Origin: an uncultured Pelagibacteraceae bacterium
GTDB lineage: Bacteria; Pseudomonadota; Alphaproteobacteria; Pelagibacterales; Pelagibacteraceae
Length of the DNA: 64,000 nt
Direction: 5' to 3'
Assembly (NCBI GenBank): GCA_902588625.1
Contig: CACIPU010000002.1
Location: 6,086-70,085 of the forward strand
The notes under the pieces were generated by a model. That model searched no databases. It was given only the letters and a program-made list of their open reading frames with translations, and was not told where the DNA came from. The position numbers and the translations under genes were made by a program. Shown here piece by piece: positions 51,245 through 58,966 of the stretch; position 1 is the first letter of the stretch, and each line of letters opens with the position of its first letter.

Positions 51245-52144
51245 ATGGATCTATTAATTAAGCTTTTTGACGTTCTTTTTCCTGTTTTTTTTATTATAGG
51301 AATAGGCTTTTGGTATGGCAAAAAAGACCCTAAATTCAACACTAATTTCATAACCACTTTTGCTGGTAATTTTGGTTTACCTGCTATTATTTTTTATTCA
51401 CTCACTACCACAAACATAAGCATAGATTTGTTTTTAAGATTTTCTTATTACATAACCTTATATGTTCTAATTTTTTCTGTAATAGGAATTATAATTTTAA
51501 AAATATTACGTAAAGACATTTATAGGTTACTCCCACCACTAATTTTACCAAATACTGGTAATATGGGTATGCCTCTTTGTTTATTTGCTTATGGGAAAAT
51601 GGGTTTAGCTATAGCTACAGCGGCAACAGCAATGATTTTAGTTTTTCATTTTAGTGTTAATATTCTTTTAGCTAGTAAAAAATTCTCTATAAAACCATTG
51701 TTAAATTGTGTTCCTGTATATGCCTTACTTATTTCTCTATTATTTGTATATTTTCAAATCCCATCACCAAAATTTTTAGAAAATGCAACTTTTTTAATTG
51801 GTTATTCAACAATATTTCTAGTTTTGATGTCGCTTGGTGTAGCTCTGTCAAAATTAAAAGTTTTTTTATTTAAGGAAACTTTAATTTATTCTCTTACAAG
51901 AGTTATTATTGGACCTATTGTTGGTTTTTCTTTTGTTAAATTCTTTAACTTAACTGGTGTTGAGGCTGGAGTTATGTTTATTCAAGCATCCATGCCATCA
52001 GCTATTCTTACTTATCTAGTTAGTAAAATATACTCACCTAAAAAAATTTCCGATAGTATTGCCAGCACTGTTGCTTTATCTACATTCTTGTCTTTTTTTA
52101 CTTTAATTGTTGTAGTTTTCATTTCTTTGAAATATTTTAACTAA
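51245..52144 (+). CDS. AEC (auxin efflux carrier) family transporter
   Basis: 299 aa and about 10 TM segments, with an N-terminal pattern (LFDVLFPVFFIIGIGFWYGK) typical of the membrane transport protein family PF03547. Confidence 0.7.
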   Translation: MDLLIKLFDVLFPVFFIIGIGFWYGKKDPKFNTNFITTFAGNFGLPAIIFYSLTTTNISIDLFLRFSYYITLYVLIFSVIGIIILKILRKDIYRLLPPLILPNTGNMGMPLCLFAYGKMGLAIATAATAMILVFHFSVNILLASKKFSIKPLLNCVPVYALLISLLFVYFQIPSPKFLENATFLIGYSTIFLVLMSLGVALSKLKVFLFKETLIYSLTRVIIGPIVGFSFVKFFNLTGVEAGVMFIQASMPSAILTYLVSKIYSPKKISDSIASTVALSTFLSFFTLIVVVFISLKYFN

Positions 52145-52146
52145 TA

Positions 52147-52998
52147 GTGAAAGCTATTACTTATAATTTATTAGCATGGGCTATTTTGCCATTCATGGAT
52201 ACCATAGCTAAGTACTTAAGTGCAGAACTATCTTTTTTTCAAATTACTTGGGCTAGATATTTTTTTACTGTCTTTTTCACTTTACCATTTATGTTTTTTT
52301 TCTTTCGAAAAAATTTAACCAGATCAACACATCCTAAATTACAAATTTTTAGAGGTTTAACTTTGTTTTGTGCAAATGTATTATTTTTTTATTCTATTTC
52401 AGTAATATCTATGGCTAAAGCTTTAACACTTGCTTTTGTAGCACCTTTAATTACTACTGCATTATCTCCTTTTTTCCTAAATGAAAAAGTAGGATTTAGA
52501 AGATGGTCTGCTGTAATAATTGGTTTTATAGGTAGTTTGATCGTAATTAGACCAGGATTTATTGAATTTAATTTAGCTAGTTTTGCTGCACTCGGAACTG
52601 GTTTTTTTTATGGTATATATCTTGTTATAACTCGAAAGCTTCACACCTCAGACAACCCTTTATTAACTTTATTGCTAACTGGTGTAGTAGGGGCAATAAT
52701 AGGTTCGTTTATTGTACCTGTTGTTTGGATTAATCCTACTTTTAATCAATGGTCTCTACTTGCTTTGATGGGTATCTTTGCATGCCTTGGTCACTTATTT
52801 TTAATATTATCACTTAAGTACGCTGATGCTTCAAAACTTGCTCCATTTGGCTATTTTGAAATTGTTACAAATGTAATGCTCGGTTATTATTTCTTTTCTG
52901 ATTTTCCAAATTATTGGACGTGGCTTGGCTTGACGATAATTATAAGCTCTGGTATTTACATTTCATTTAGGGAAAAAACTAATCTTCTTGTTAAGTAA
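52147..52998 (+). CDS. EamA/DMT superfamily transporter
   Basis: 283 aa with a GTG start, 10 TM segments and a duplicated EamA domain. Confidence 0.75.
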   Translation: MKAITYNLLAWAILPFMDTIAKYLSAELSFFQITWARYFFTVFFTLPFMFFFFRKNLTRSTHPKLQIFRGLTLFCANVLFFYSISVISMAKALTLAFVAPLITTALSPFFLNEKVGFRRWSAVIIGFIGSLIVIRPGFIEFNLASFAALGTGFFYGIYLVITRKLHTSDNPLLTLLLTGVVGAIIGSFIVPVVWINPTFNQWSLLALMGIFACLGHLFLILSLKYADASKLAPFGYFEIVTNVMLGYYFFSDFPNYWTWLGLTIIISSGIYISFREKTNLLVK

Positions 52999-53003
52999 AT
53001 CTT

Positions 53004-53022
53004 CTTAAAGTATTACTTTAAG
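53004..53022 (+). terminator. 19-bp palindrome directly after the EamA stop (CTTAAAGTA-T-TACTTTAAG), possible weak terminator
   Basis: Read directly. It would give an 8-bp stem with a 3-nt loop as RNA, followed by TATTT. It is AT-rich, so its function is uncertain. Confidence 0.3.
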
Positions 53023-53044
53023 TATTTATAAATATTTAATAAAA

Positions 53045-53072
53045 TCAATAGTTTATATTCAATAGTTAATAT
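53045..53072. repeat. tandem 14-mer x2 (TCAATAGTTTATAT / TCAATAGTTAATAT, 13/14 identical)
   Basis: Read directly in the gene-free spacer. Confidence 0.85.
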
Positions 53073-53394
53073 AAATTATAATATAATAATCTTATAAAAA
53101 TAAATGCTAAATAAGCTAGTAAAAACAAGCATTTTAAAGCACTTTAAAAAAAAAGTAGTTTTACATGGGATACAATATAAAAAAATACATATAAATAGGG
53201 GTTAAATTAAGCATAATTTAAAATAAAAACTGTTTTTGAATTAAAAGATTTCTAAGGGTTGCAGTATAGGAATATAGCGTTTAAACGGCCGTAGAAGGGG
53301 CAATTTCACGAATTCTATGTTAGATGCTACAACTAGACGGTGAAATATGTTATTAAACAAAAAATTCGTAAAAAGACATAAAAAACAGCATTAA

Positions 53395-53787
53395 TTAAGG
53401 GTTTTTTGAGTATTTAGAATGTAATTTTGCTTCTCTTTTGGGGCCAACTAACAATAAGGTCCAAGCTGACTTTCCATCAGGAATCTTAAGGCTATGACGA
53501 CTATTATACCTTCTAAACCCTATATAACCCGGTTTCCTCCAAAAAGTACCCTTTTCTGTAGTTTCCCAGTAGCCACCTTTAAGAATGATAGTAATATATG
53601 ACCAGTAATGGTCATGTAAGTCTCCTAAATCGCTTTTTAGAAGCTTATGTATAAAAATATTGAAAGGAAACCACTTCGGTCTATGTCTAAAAAGTAGATA
53701 ATAGCGGACCACAAAGGGCTCTGCAGCCTTATAATCGGGCCAACTTGGTCCACGATCCAGAATAATTTTTTTTCTCTTAGAGTACAT
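53395..53787 (-). CDS. hypothetical protein of an uncharacterised HDHxW...GGYxE family (possibly cupin-like, often phage-associated)
   Basis: 130 aa with the core FNIFIHKLLKSDLGDLHDHYWSYITIILKGGYWE. This matches a pattern I recall from small phage/prophage-borne proteins (F.NVYLH.F..SD.DR.LHDHPW...S.IL.GGY.E). It is transcribed divergently from the recombinase. Confidence 0.5.
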   Translation of the reverse strand: MYSKRKKIILDRGPSWPDYKAAEPFVVRYYLLFRHRPKWFPFNIFIHKLLKSDLGDLHDHYWSYITIILKGGYWETTEKGTFWRKPGYIGFRRYNSRHSLKIPDGKSAWTLLLVGPKREAKLHSKYSKNP

Positions 53788-53812
53788 AACCTTTTTAATT
53801 ATAATTCATTAC

Positions 53813-53841
53813 TTGACATCGTCAAATTTCTGAGTTATTAA
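53813..53841 (+). promoter_or_regulatory. sigma70-like promoter of the recombinase gene (TTGACA-N17-TATTAA)
   Basis: TTGACA at 53813-53818, a 17-nt spacer, and TATTAA at 53836-53841, which is 30 nt upstream of the ATG. TTGAC-ATC-GTCAA is itself a small palindrome. Confidence 0.5.
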
Positions 53842-53868
53842 TTTCCGATAATTAATGGTTATCGGAAA
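53842..53868. repeat. perfect 10-7-10 inverted repeat (TTTCCGATAA-ttaatgg-TTATCGGAAA), candidate lox-like core site or operator
   Basis: Read directly. It lies between the predicted -10 box and the recombinase ATG (53872). The arms extend to 13 nt with 10/13 matches. Confidence 0.85.
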
Positions 53869-53871
53869 AAT

Positions 53872-54786
53872 ATGGTTAATATTATAACAGATGTTAAAAG
53901 TCTTGAAATAGAAACTTTAAAGAACCTTAAAAGTTCTAAGGCTTTAAACACGCTTAGAGCTTACAAAGCAGATTATAAAGATTTTTCACTTTTTTGTATT
54001 AAAAATGGTTTTCAACCAATGCCATCTCAACCAAAAATTATAACCCTTTATTTAACCTATCTATCAAAGACATGTAAATTTAGCACATTAAAACGTAGAT
54101 TGGCTTCAATAAGCGTTATTCATAAGCTTTCTGGTCATTATATTGACGTAAAACATCCAATGATTACAGAAAATTTAATGGGAATAAAACGTGTTTTAGG
54201 TACTCATCAAAAAGCAAAAAAACCTATTTTAATCAATGAGTTAAAATTAATTATTAATGCAATAGATAAAGATAAAAATGAAATAAATAAGTTGAAAAAT
54301 AGAAGTTTAATACTTCTTGGTTTTTCTGGTGGATTTAGACGTTCTGAACTTGTAGCTATAAATTATGAAGATATAGATTTTGTAACTGAAGGCGTAAAAG
54401 TGTTTGTAAAAAGATCAAAAACTGATCAATCAGGTGAAGGGATGACGAAGGGAATCCCCTACTTTTCAAATTCTCAATACTGTCCTGTAATATCATTAAA
54501 AAAATGGATTGATAAATCACAAATCAAGTCAGGAAAAATTTTTAACATATCAGACAAGAGTGTAGCCTTGATAATAAAAAAATACACTTCTTTAGCTGGA
54601 TTAGATTCAAATAAATACTCAGGACATAGTTTACGATCAGGTTTTGCTACTTCTACGGCTGAATTAGGAGCCGAAGAAAGAAGTATAATGGCTATGACGG
54701 GACACAAAACAACACAAATGGTAAGAAGATATATTCAAGAAGCCAATTTATTTAAGAATAACGCTTTGAATAAAATTAAAATTTAA
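53872..54786 (+). CDS. tyrosine site-specific recombinase (phage integrase family, Cre-like C-terminus)
   Basis: 304 aa with an N-terminal SAM-like domain (TLRAYKADYKDFSLFC). The catalytic set is R (GGFRRSEL), K (KRSKTDQ), HxxR (GHSLRSGFA), H (TGHK) and Y (MVRRYI). Confidence 0.9.
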   Translation: MVNIITDVKSLEIETLKNLKSSKALNTLRAYKADYKDFSLFCIKNGFQPMPSQPKIITLYLTYLSKTCKFSTLKRRLASISVIHKLSGHYIDVKHPMITENLMGIKRVLGTHQKAKKPILINELKLIINAIDKDKNEINKLKNRSLILLGFSGGFRRSELVAINYEDIDFVTEGVKVFVKRSKTDQSGEGMTKGIPYFSNSQYCPVISLKKWIDKSQIKSGKIFNISDKSVALIIKKYTSLAGLDSNKYSGHSLRSGFATSTAELGAEERSIMAMTGHKTTQMVRRYIQEANLFKNNALNKIKI

Positions 54787-54787
54787 T

Positions 54788-55486
54788 ATGAACTTATTAA
54801 AAAAAATTTATTATGAAAAGTATACAAAAAAATCGTATTCAATAAGCAATGTTGATTTAGTTATTGATAGAGTTTTTTCGAAATTGAATAATGGAATTTA
54901 TATTGATGTAGGATGCAATCATCCAATTAAAAATAACAATACATATTTATTACATAAAAGAGGATGGTCTGGAATAAATATAGATTTAGATTTAAAATCA
55001 ATAAAAGAATTTAAAAAACTTAGACCAAATGATTATAGCATCAAAAAGGTAGTGTCTGATAATGAAGAAATAAAAAATATTTACTTTTATCATGAAAGAT
55101 CTTCAATTAATACATTAAGTAAAGAATTGGTAGATTATAGAAAAGATAAACCAAAAAAAATAATAAAAGAAAAGTCCACCACGCTAGATAAAATAATTGA
55201 AGAATCACCTTTTAGGAATAAAACGATTAATTTAATTTCTATTGATGTAGAAAATCATGAATATGAAATACTAAAGAATTTTGATTTCGATAAATATAAC
55301 ACTGATATGGTTGTTGCAGAATATACCGACATAAGACAAAAAAAACTAGAAATTTATGAGCAATCAATAGAATTTATAATGAGCAGTAAAATATATAATC
55401 TCTTAATAAGTAAAAAATTTAAACTAATTAATTGGATAAATTCAGACCTAGTTTTTGTAAGAAATAATTTTTTTAGTAAAGTTTAA
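54788..55486 (+). CDS. FkbM family methyltransferase
   Basis: 232 aa with GIYIDVGCNHP...NTYLL...GWSGINID and ISIDVENHEYEIL motifs of Methyltransf_21/FkbM. It starts 1 nt after the recombinase stop. Confidence 0.8.
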   Translation: MNLLKKIYYEKYTKKSYSISNVDLVIDRVFSKLNNGIYIDVGCNHPIKNNNTYLLHKRGWSGINIDLDLKSIKEFKKLRPNDYSIKKVVSDNEEIKNIYFYHERSSINTLSKELVDYRKDKPKKIIKEKSTTLDKIIEESPFRNKTINLISIDVENHEYEILKNFDFDKYNTDMVVAEYTDIRQKKLEIYEQSIEFIMSSKIYNLLISKKFKLINWINSDLVFVRNNFFSKV

Positions 55487-55493
55487 ATTAAGT

Positions 55494-56480
55494 TTATATA
55501 ATTTTGTTGAGTATTTGATTGCTTAGTAGATTAAATTTAGATCTATAAATAGGATGATAATTTTTCAGGCATGTTGTAAACCTTTTATAAAAATTCAGTT
55601 TATTTTCTTCTAATATGTCAATTTTTTTATTATCAAATGAATTTGCTGCATGAGTAATTGATCCATGGCAAGAGATTAATATTTTTGTTTTTCTTAACAG
55701 AGACTCCAGATCATCAAATGAAGGCTTATAAATGAAATAAACTAATTTATTTTTGTTTTTTTTTAAAAAAATTTTGTCACTTATTTTTTTGAAATAATTT
55801 TTTTTAAGTTCATCAATTAATGTAAAGTCTACTAACCCTGTAGTAATTAAAACATCATTTAAATCAGAGATTGTGTCCAAAAAAGTAACAAATTCGTTAT
55901 AATTTGGTGAAATGTTAGTATATTTACTTATATAAAGTTCGCTAAACCATTTTTCATCAAAATGTATATGAATATAATCAGATATTTCAATTTCACTAGA
56001 GAACTTATTATTAGTTTTATCTTTTAAAAAATTAAAATGATTAATTTTTCCATTTATGTTTAAATAACTTAAAAAGTCTTGAAATATTTGATTTAAATTT
56101 GTTTCATCGTCGTCTTTAAAAAACTTAATATTAAAAATTTTATAGATTTTTTTAATTTTTGGAGTGAGTGCAACTTTATTCTTAGACCTAATTAAGCAAG
56201 ATGTAATTATTGATCTTTCTTTGCCATCAAAAACAAATACATAATCAAATCTTTTTTTTATTAACTTGAAAATAAAGAAAATTTTTAGGAATATATTGGA
56301 CGGGAATTTATATACTTCGTCAAAAATATTTAAACCTTTTGCATATTCATAATTTTTTTGCGATGCTATGAGCGTAATATTTGAATTTTTAATGTTTTTT
56401 TTTATTGAAATTATTGCTGGACATGAAACAAGCAAATCTCCTATCCGATCGGTCCTAAATATTATAATATTATTATCCAT
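55494..56480 (-). CDS. glycosyltransferase family 9 (heptosyltransferase-like)
   Basis: 328 aa with the N-terminal IIIFRTDRIGDLLVSCPAI..IK and the C-terminal LISCHGSITHAANS, typical of GT9. Confidence 0.75.
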   Translation of the reverse strand: MDNNIIIFRTDRIGDLLVSCPAIISIKKNIKNSNITLIASQKNYEYAKGLNIFDEVYKFPSNIFLKIFFIFKLIKKRFDYVFVFDGKERSIITSCLIRSKNKVALTPKIKKIYKIFNIKFFKDDDETNLNQIFQDFLSYLNINGKINHFNFLKDKTNNKFSSEIEISDYIHIHFDEKWFSELYISKYTNISPNYNEFVTFLDTISDLNDVLITTGLVDFTLIDELKKNYFKKISDKIFLKKNKNKLVYFIYKPSFDDLESLLRKTKILISCHGSITHAANSFDNKKIDILEENKLNFYKRFTTCLKNYHPIYRSKFNLLSNQILNKII

Positions 56481-56494
56481 TCAGAGGTTATATA

Positions 56495-58630
56495 TTATTT
56501 ATTCCATAAGTATTTTTGATTTAAATTTATATCAAAAGTTTTTTCTATTAGATACTTTGAAATAATTTGGGAATTAAAATATTTATAATATTTTTTTTGT
56601 CCATTTTTTGCAATTTTAATTCTTAATGAATTATTTCTTTTATAATATGATAACTTCCTAGATAAATCTTCTATATTTTTGTAAAAAACTACCTCATCAT
56701 TATCAAAAAAATCATCAAGTTGAGTTTTAATATCGATGAATGTCATTAATCCATTTCCAATCAATGATGAAATTCTATTGCTTGAATAATATTTTACAGA
56801 ATTTGTTCTGCTTAAATTTAATCCCATTTTTGCTTTATTTATTGAGCGATAAAAATCTTCTGACCATATTGGCTGCCTATTCTTATAACCATAAATATCA
56901 AAAATTATATTAGGGTTTTTTTGAAGCAGTTTTTCTACAAAAGGATATCGTTCATCTGTTTTGTCCTCTTTTAAAATCCCTCTATTAACACCATGACTCA
57001 TAGTAAAAAAAAGGTCATAAATAGGAGTTGTGTTTTCATATACATTTAATCTTTCTACATTTTTATCAACAGGTATTGGCATATATGAGTATTTATCTTT
57101 ATTTTTAATAAAATTTAATACAGAAGGGTGTGTGGTAATAAAGTTATGGTCAGTAACAGAATCGTATTTTAATAATCTTTCTTGATTTAATAGCGGATCG
57201 GGACCATTAGGATGCAAGTTATCCTCAAACCATTGTATCACCTTTAAATCTTTCTTATGTTTTTTTATCTGTTCAAAAGTTTCAAGATATAGATTATCTG
57301 AATGACCTAAAATAATAAGATTTGGCGAATAATTTTTAACAGTTTCAATAAAAAGCTTGTTTAAATAGTTTATTCCTGTTTTAGCACTTACTGCCCTATT
57401 GAATCTAATCGTATCTCTATCACTAATATTTACTACATCATGACCTAGCCTAATTAATCCATTTGAAATCTTTTTAGCTATAGATATAAAATAAAGCCTA
57501 TTAAATAATCTATTACCAAAGTTAGAGATATGTAAAATCTTTAGTTTGGTCTTTTTTAGAATAGAAAATTTAAATTCTTTAAAAATTTCATCTCTATAAG
57601 AATCAATTTTTTTTGTATTAATTGACAAATTATGAAAAACCTTTTTATAGGAATCTTTTTGTAACTTTAGTCTTGATTTGTTATCTTTTATTAAATTTTC
57701 TATTTTACTATATAGATTTTTTGCGTTTAAATTAGATATGTATAAAGCGTGAGGTGTTGTTTCAACCAAACCTCCTTTTTTAGAAATAATTGTTGCACAT
57801 CCTCTTGAAGCAGCTTCCATAGATGTTCTCCCAAAAGGTTCTTCCCAAAAGGATGGCGCCACAGAAATACTTGTTTGTGCATATAGATCTAATGTCTTTT
57901 CATGACTGATCCAGCCCATGTACTTTAAATTTTTATGTTTAAAATTATATTTTTCTCTAGGTTCGTCCCCTACTATAATACCTTTCCAATTCTTGTATTT
58001 ATTTAGAATCTTAACTATTACATTGCCAAATAAATGAAAACCTTTTGATTTATTTAATTTTCCAACAAAGGATATAATTTTCTTTTTATTTGGAAACTTC
58101 TTAATTGGATCGATACTTGGATATATAACTATACATTTACTATCACTTTTACGATCTAAGCCTTCAAAAAATTTCTCCATTACCCAATTACTTACGAAAA
58201 TTAATTTTTTACATTTGTCTAGTAGTTCCTTTCTTTCAGTAACAGTCTTTGACCCTCCTAAAGCTAAAGGGTTATTATGAAAAATTAAAACAAGATTAAT
58301 TGAAATATTTTTTTTTAATAAATAGTGTATGTATGAAGGTCGATTATGTATTTCTATTAAACCAAACTTTATATTTTTTATTAACCTAATAAATTTATCC
58401 ACATAGGCAATGTTTTTACTTTTAAAAGTATAATTGCCAAAATTAATATTTGTATACTTTTTCTTATCAATGATGTCTTCTAAATTGTCAGTATTACCAT
58501 AAACTTTTATATTTTTTTTGTATGAACTTCTTTTATTAAAATCTTTAATCCATATAGAGGCTGATCCTGCGTTCGATTTAGTAAAATGATCTTTAAATGG
58601 AAGCAATACTGCTATTTTTTCTTTTTTCAT
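56495..58630 (-). CDS. two-module glycosyltransferase: N-terminal GT-B group 1 (GT4-like) plus C-terminal CgeB-like glycosyltransferase domain
   Basis: 711 aa. The first half carries the EX7E motif (EEPFGRTSMEAASRG). The second half ends with GLNLSR....YYSSNRISSLIGNGLMTF...ED....L.YY...N...IA..G, resembling CgeB/DUF3880-type domains. Confidence 0.7.
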   Translation of the reverse strand: MKKEKIAVLLPFKDHFTKSNAGSASIWIKDFNKRSSYKKNIKVYGNTDNLEDIIDKKKYTNINFGNYTFKSKNIAYVDKFIRLIKNIKFGLIEIHNRPSYIHYLLKKNISINLVLIFHNNPLALGGSKTVTERKELLDKCKKLIFVSNWVMEKFFEGLDRKSDSKCIVIYPSIDPIKKFPNKKKIISFVGKLNKSKGFHLFGNVIVKILNKYKNWKGIIVGDEPREKYNFKHKNLKYMGWISHEKTLDLYAQTSISVAPSFWEEPFGRTSMEAASRGCATIISKKGGLVETTPHALYISNLNAKNLYSKIENLIKDNKSRLKLQKDSYKKVFHNLSINTKKIDSYRDEIFKEFKFSILKKTKLKILHISNFGNRLFNRLYFISIAKKISNGLIRLGHDVVNISDRDTIRFNRAVSAKTGINYLNKLFIETVKNYSPNLIILGHSDNLYLETFEQIKKHKKDLKVIQWFEDNLHPNGPDPLLNQERLLKYDSVTDHNFITTHPSVLNFIKNKDKYSYMPIPVDKNVERLNVYENTTPIYDLFFTMSHGVNRGILKEDKTDERYPFVEKLLQKNPNIIFDIYGYKNRQPIWSEDFYRSINKAKMGLNLSRTNSVKYYSSNRISSLIGNGLMTFIDIKTQLDDFFDNDEVVFYKNIEDLSRKLSYYKRNNSLRIKIAKNGQKKYYKYFNSQIISKYLIEKTFDINLNQKYLWNK

Positions 58631-58878
58631 TTATAACGTTCTTTAATAAAATTTCTAAATTTTCTATTTTTCTTTATATAATATTCTCTGGAAATAGCTT
58701 CTTTTTTCGTAATATATATTTCGTAATACAATACTTTCCATTTTCTGCCTCTGGTAAACTTAGCTCCTCTTCCTTTGTTGTGTAATTTAAGTCTTTTTTT
58801 TAAATTATTTGTATATCCAACATAGGTAGTTAATTTCTTCTTTTTTTTATTTCCAAGTAAATAAACAAAAAAAACCAT
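58627..58878 (-). CDS. GIY-YIG nuclease superfamily protein (small stand-alone YhbQ/UPF0213-like)
   Basis: 83 aa with VYLLGNKKKKKLTTYVGYTNNLKKRLKLHN.G.GAKFTRGRKW.....E. It overlaps the downstream glycosyltransferase start by 4 nt. Confidence 0.8.
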   Translation of the reverse strand: MVFFVYLLGNKKKKKLTTYVGYTNNLKKRLKLHNKGRGAKFTRGRKWKVLYYEIYITKKEAISREYYIKKNRKFRNFIKERYK

Positions 58879-58966
58879 TTATTAAGATAATAATTTTATT
58901 AAGCAATTGTTTGTAACCACAAAACGAAAACAAAAAAACTAAAAAACAATACAATTTAGTCTTTTT

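Noticed and set aside
52046-52055. A 10-nt match (ATTTCCGATA) to the left arm of the recombinase-proximal inverted repeat, inside the AEC transporter gene
   Set aside because: It is a single half-site only, with no partner arm. A 10-mer match in about 128 kb of two-strand AT-rich sequence is plausible by chance.
53104-53205. 33-codon Lys-rich ORF (MLNKLVKTSILKHFKKKVVLHGIQYKKIHINRG) in the gene-free spacer
   Set aside because: It has no RBS and no recognisable motif, and its composition is what AT-rich non-coding DNA yields. It cannot be supported.
53288-53335. Possible decayed copy of the tRNA-Glu 3' half (shared AAGGGG..AAT..CGAA..GATG), as an att direct repeat at the far island edge
   Set aside because: Identity is only about 50% and requires several indels. 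That is not distinguishable from chance by eye, so it needs a proper alignment before being claimed.
53283-53342. Two ACGG motifs suggested a mini-ykkC / guanidine-II riboswitch
   Set aside because: Neither ACGG sits in a tetraloop closed by a G-C stem. There is no downstream co-oriented transporter gene either.
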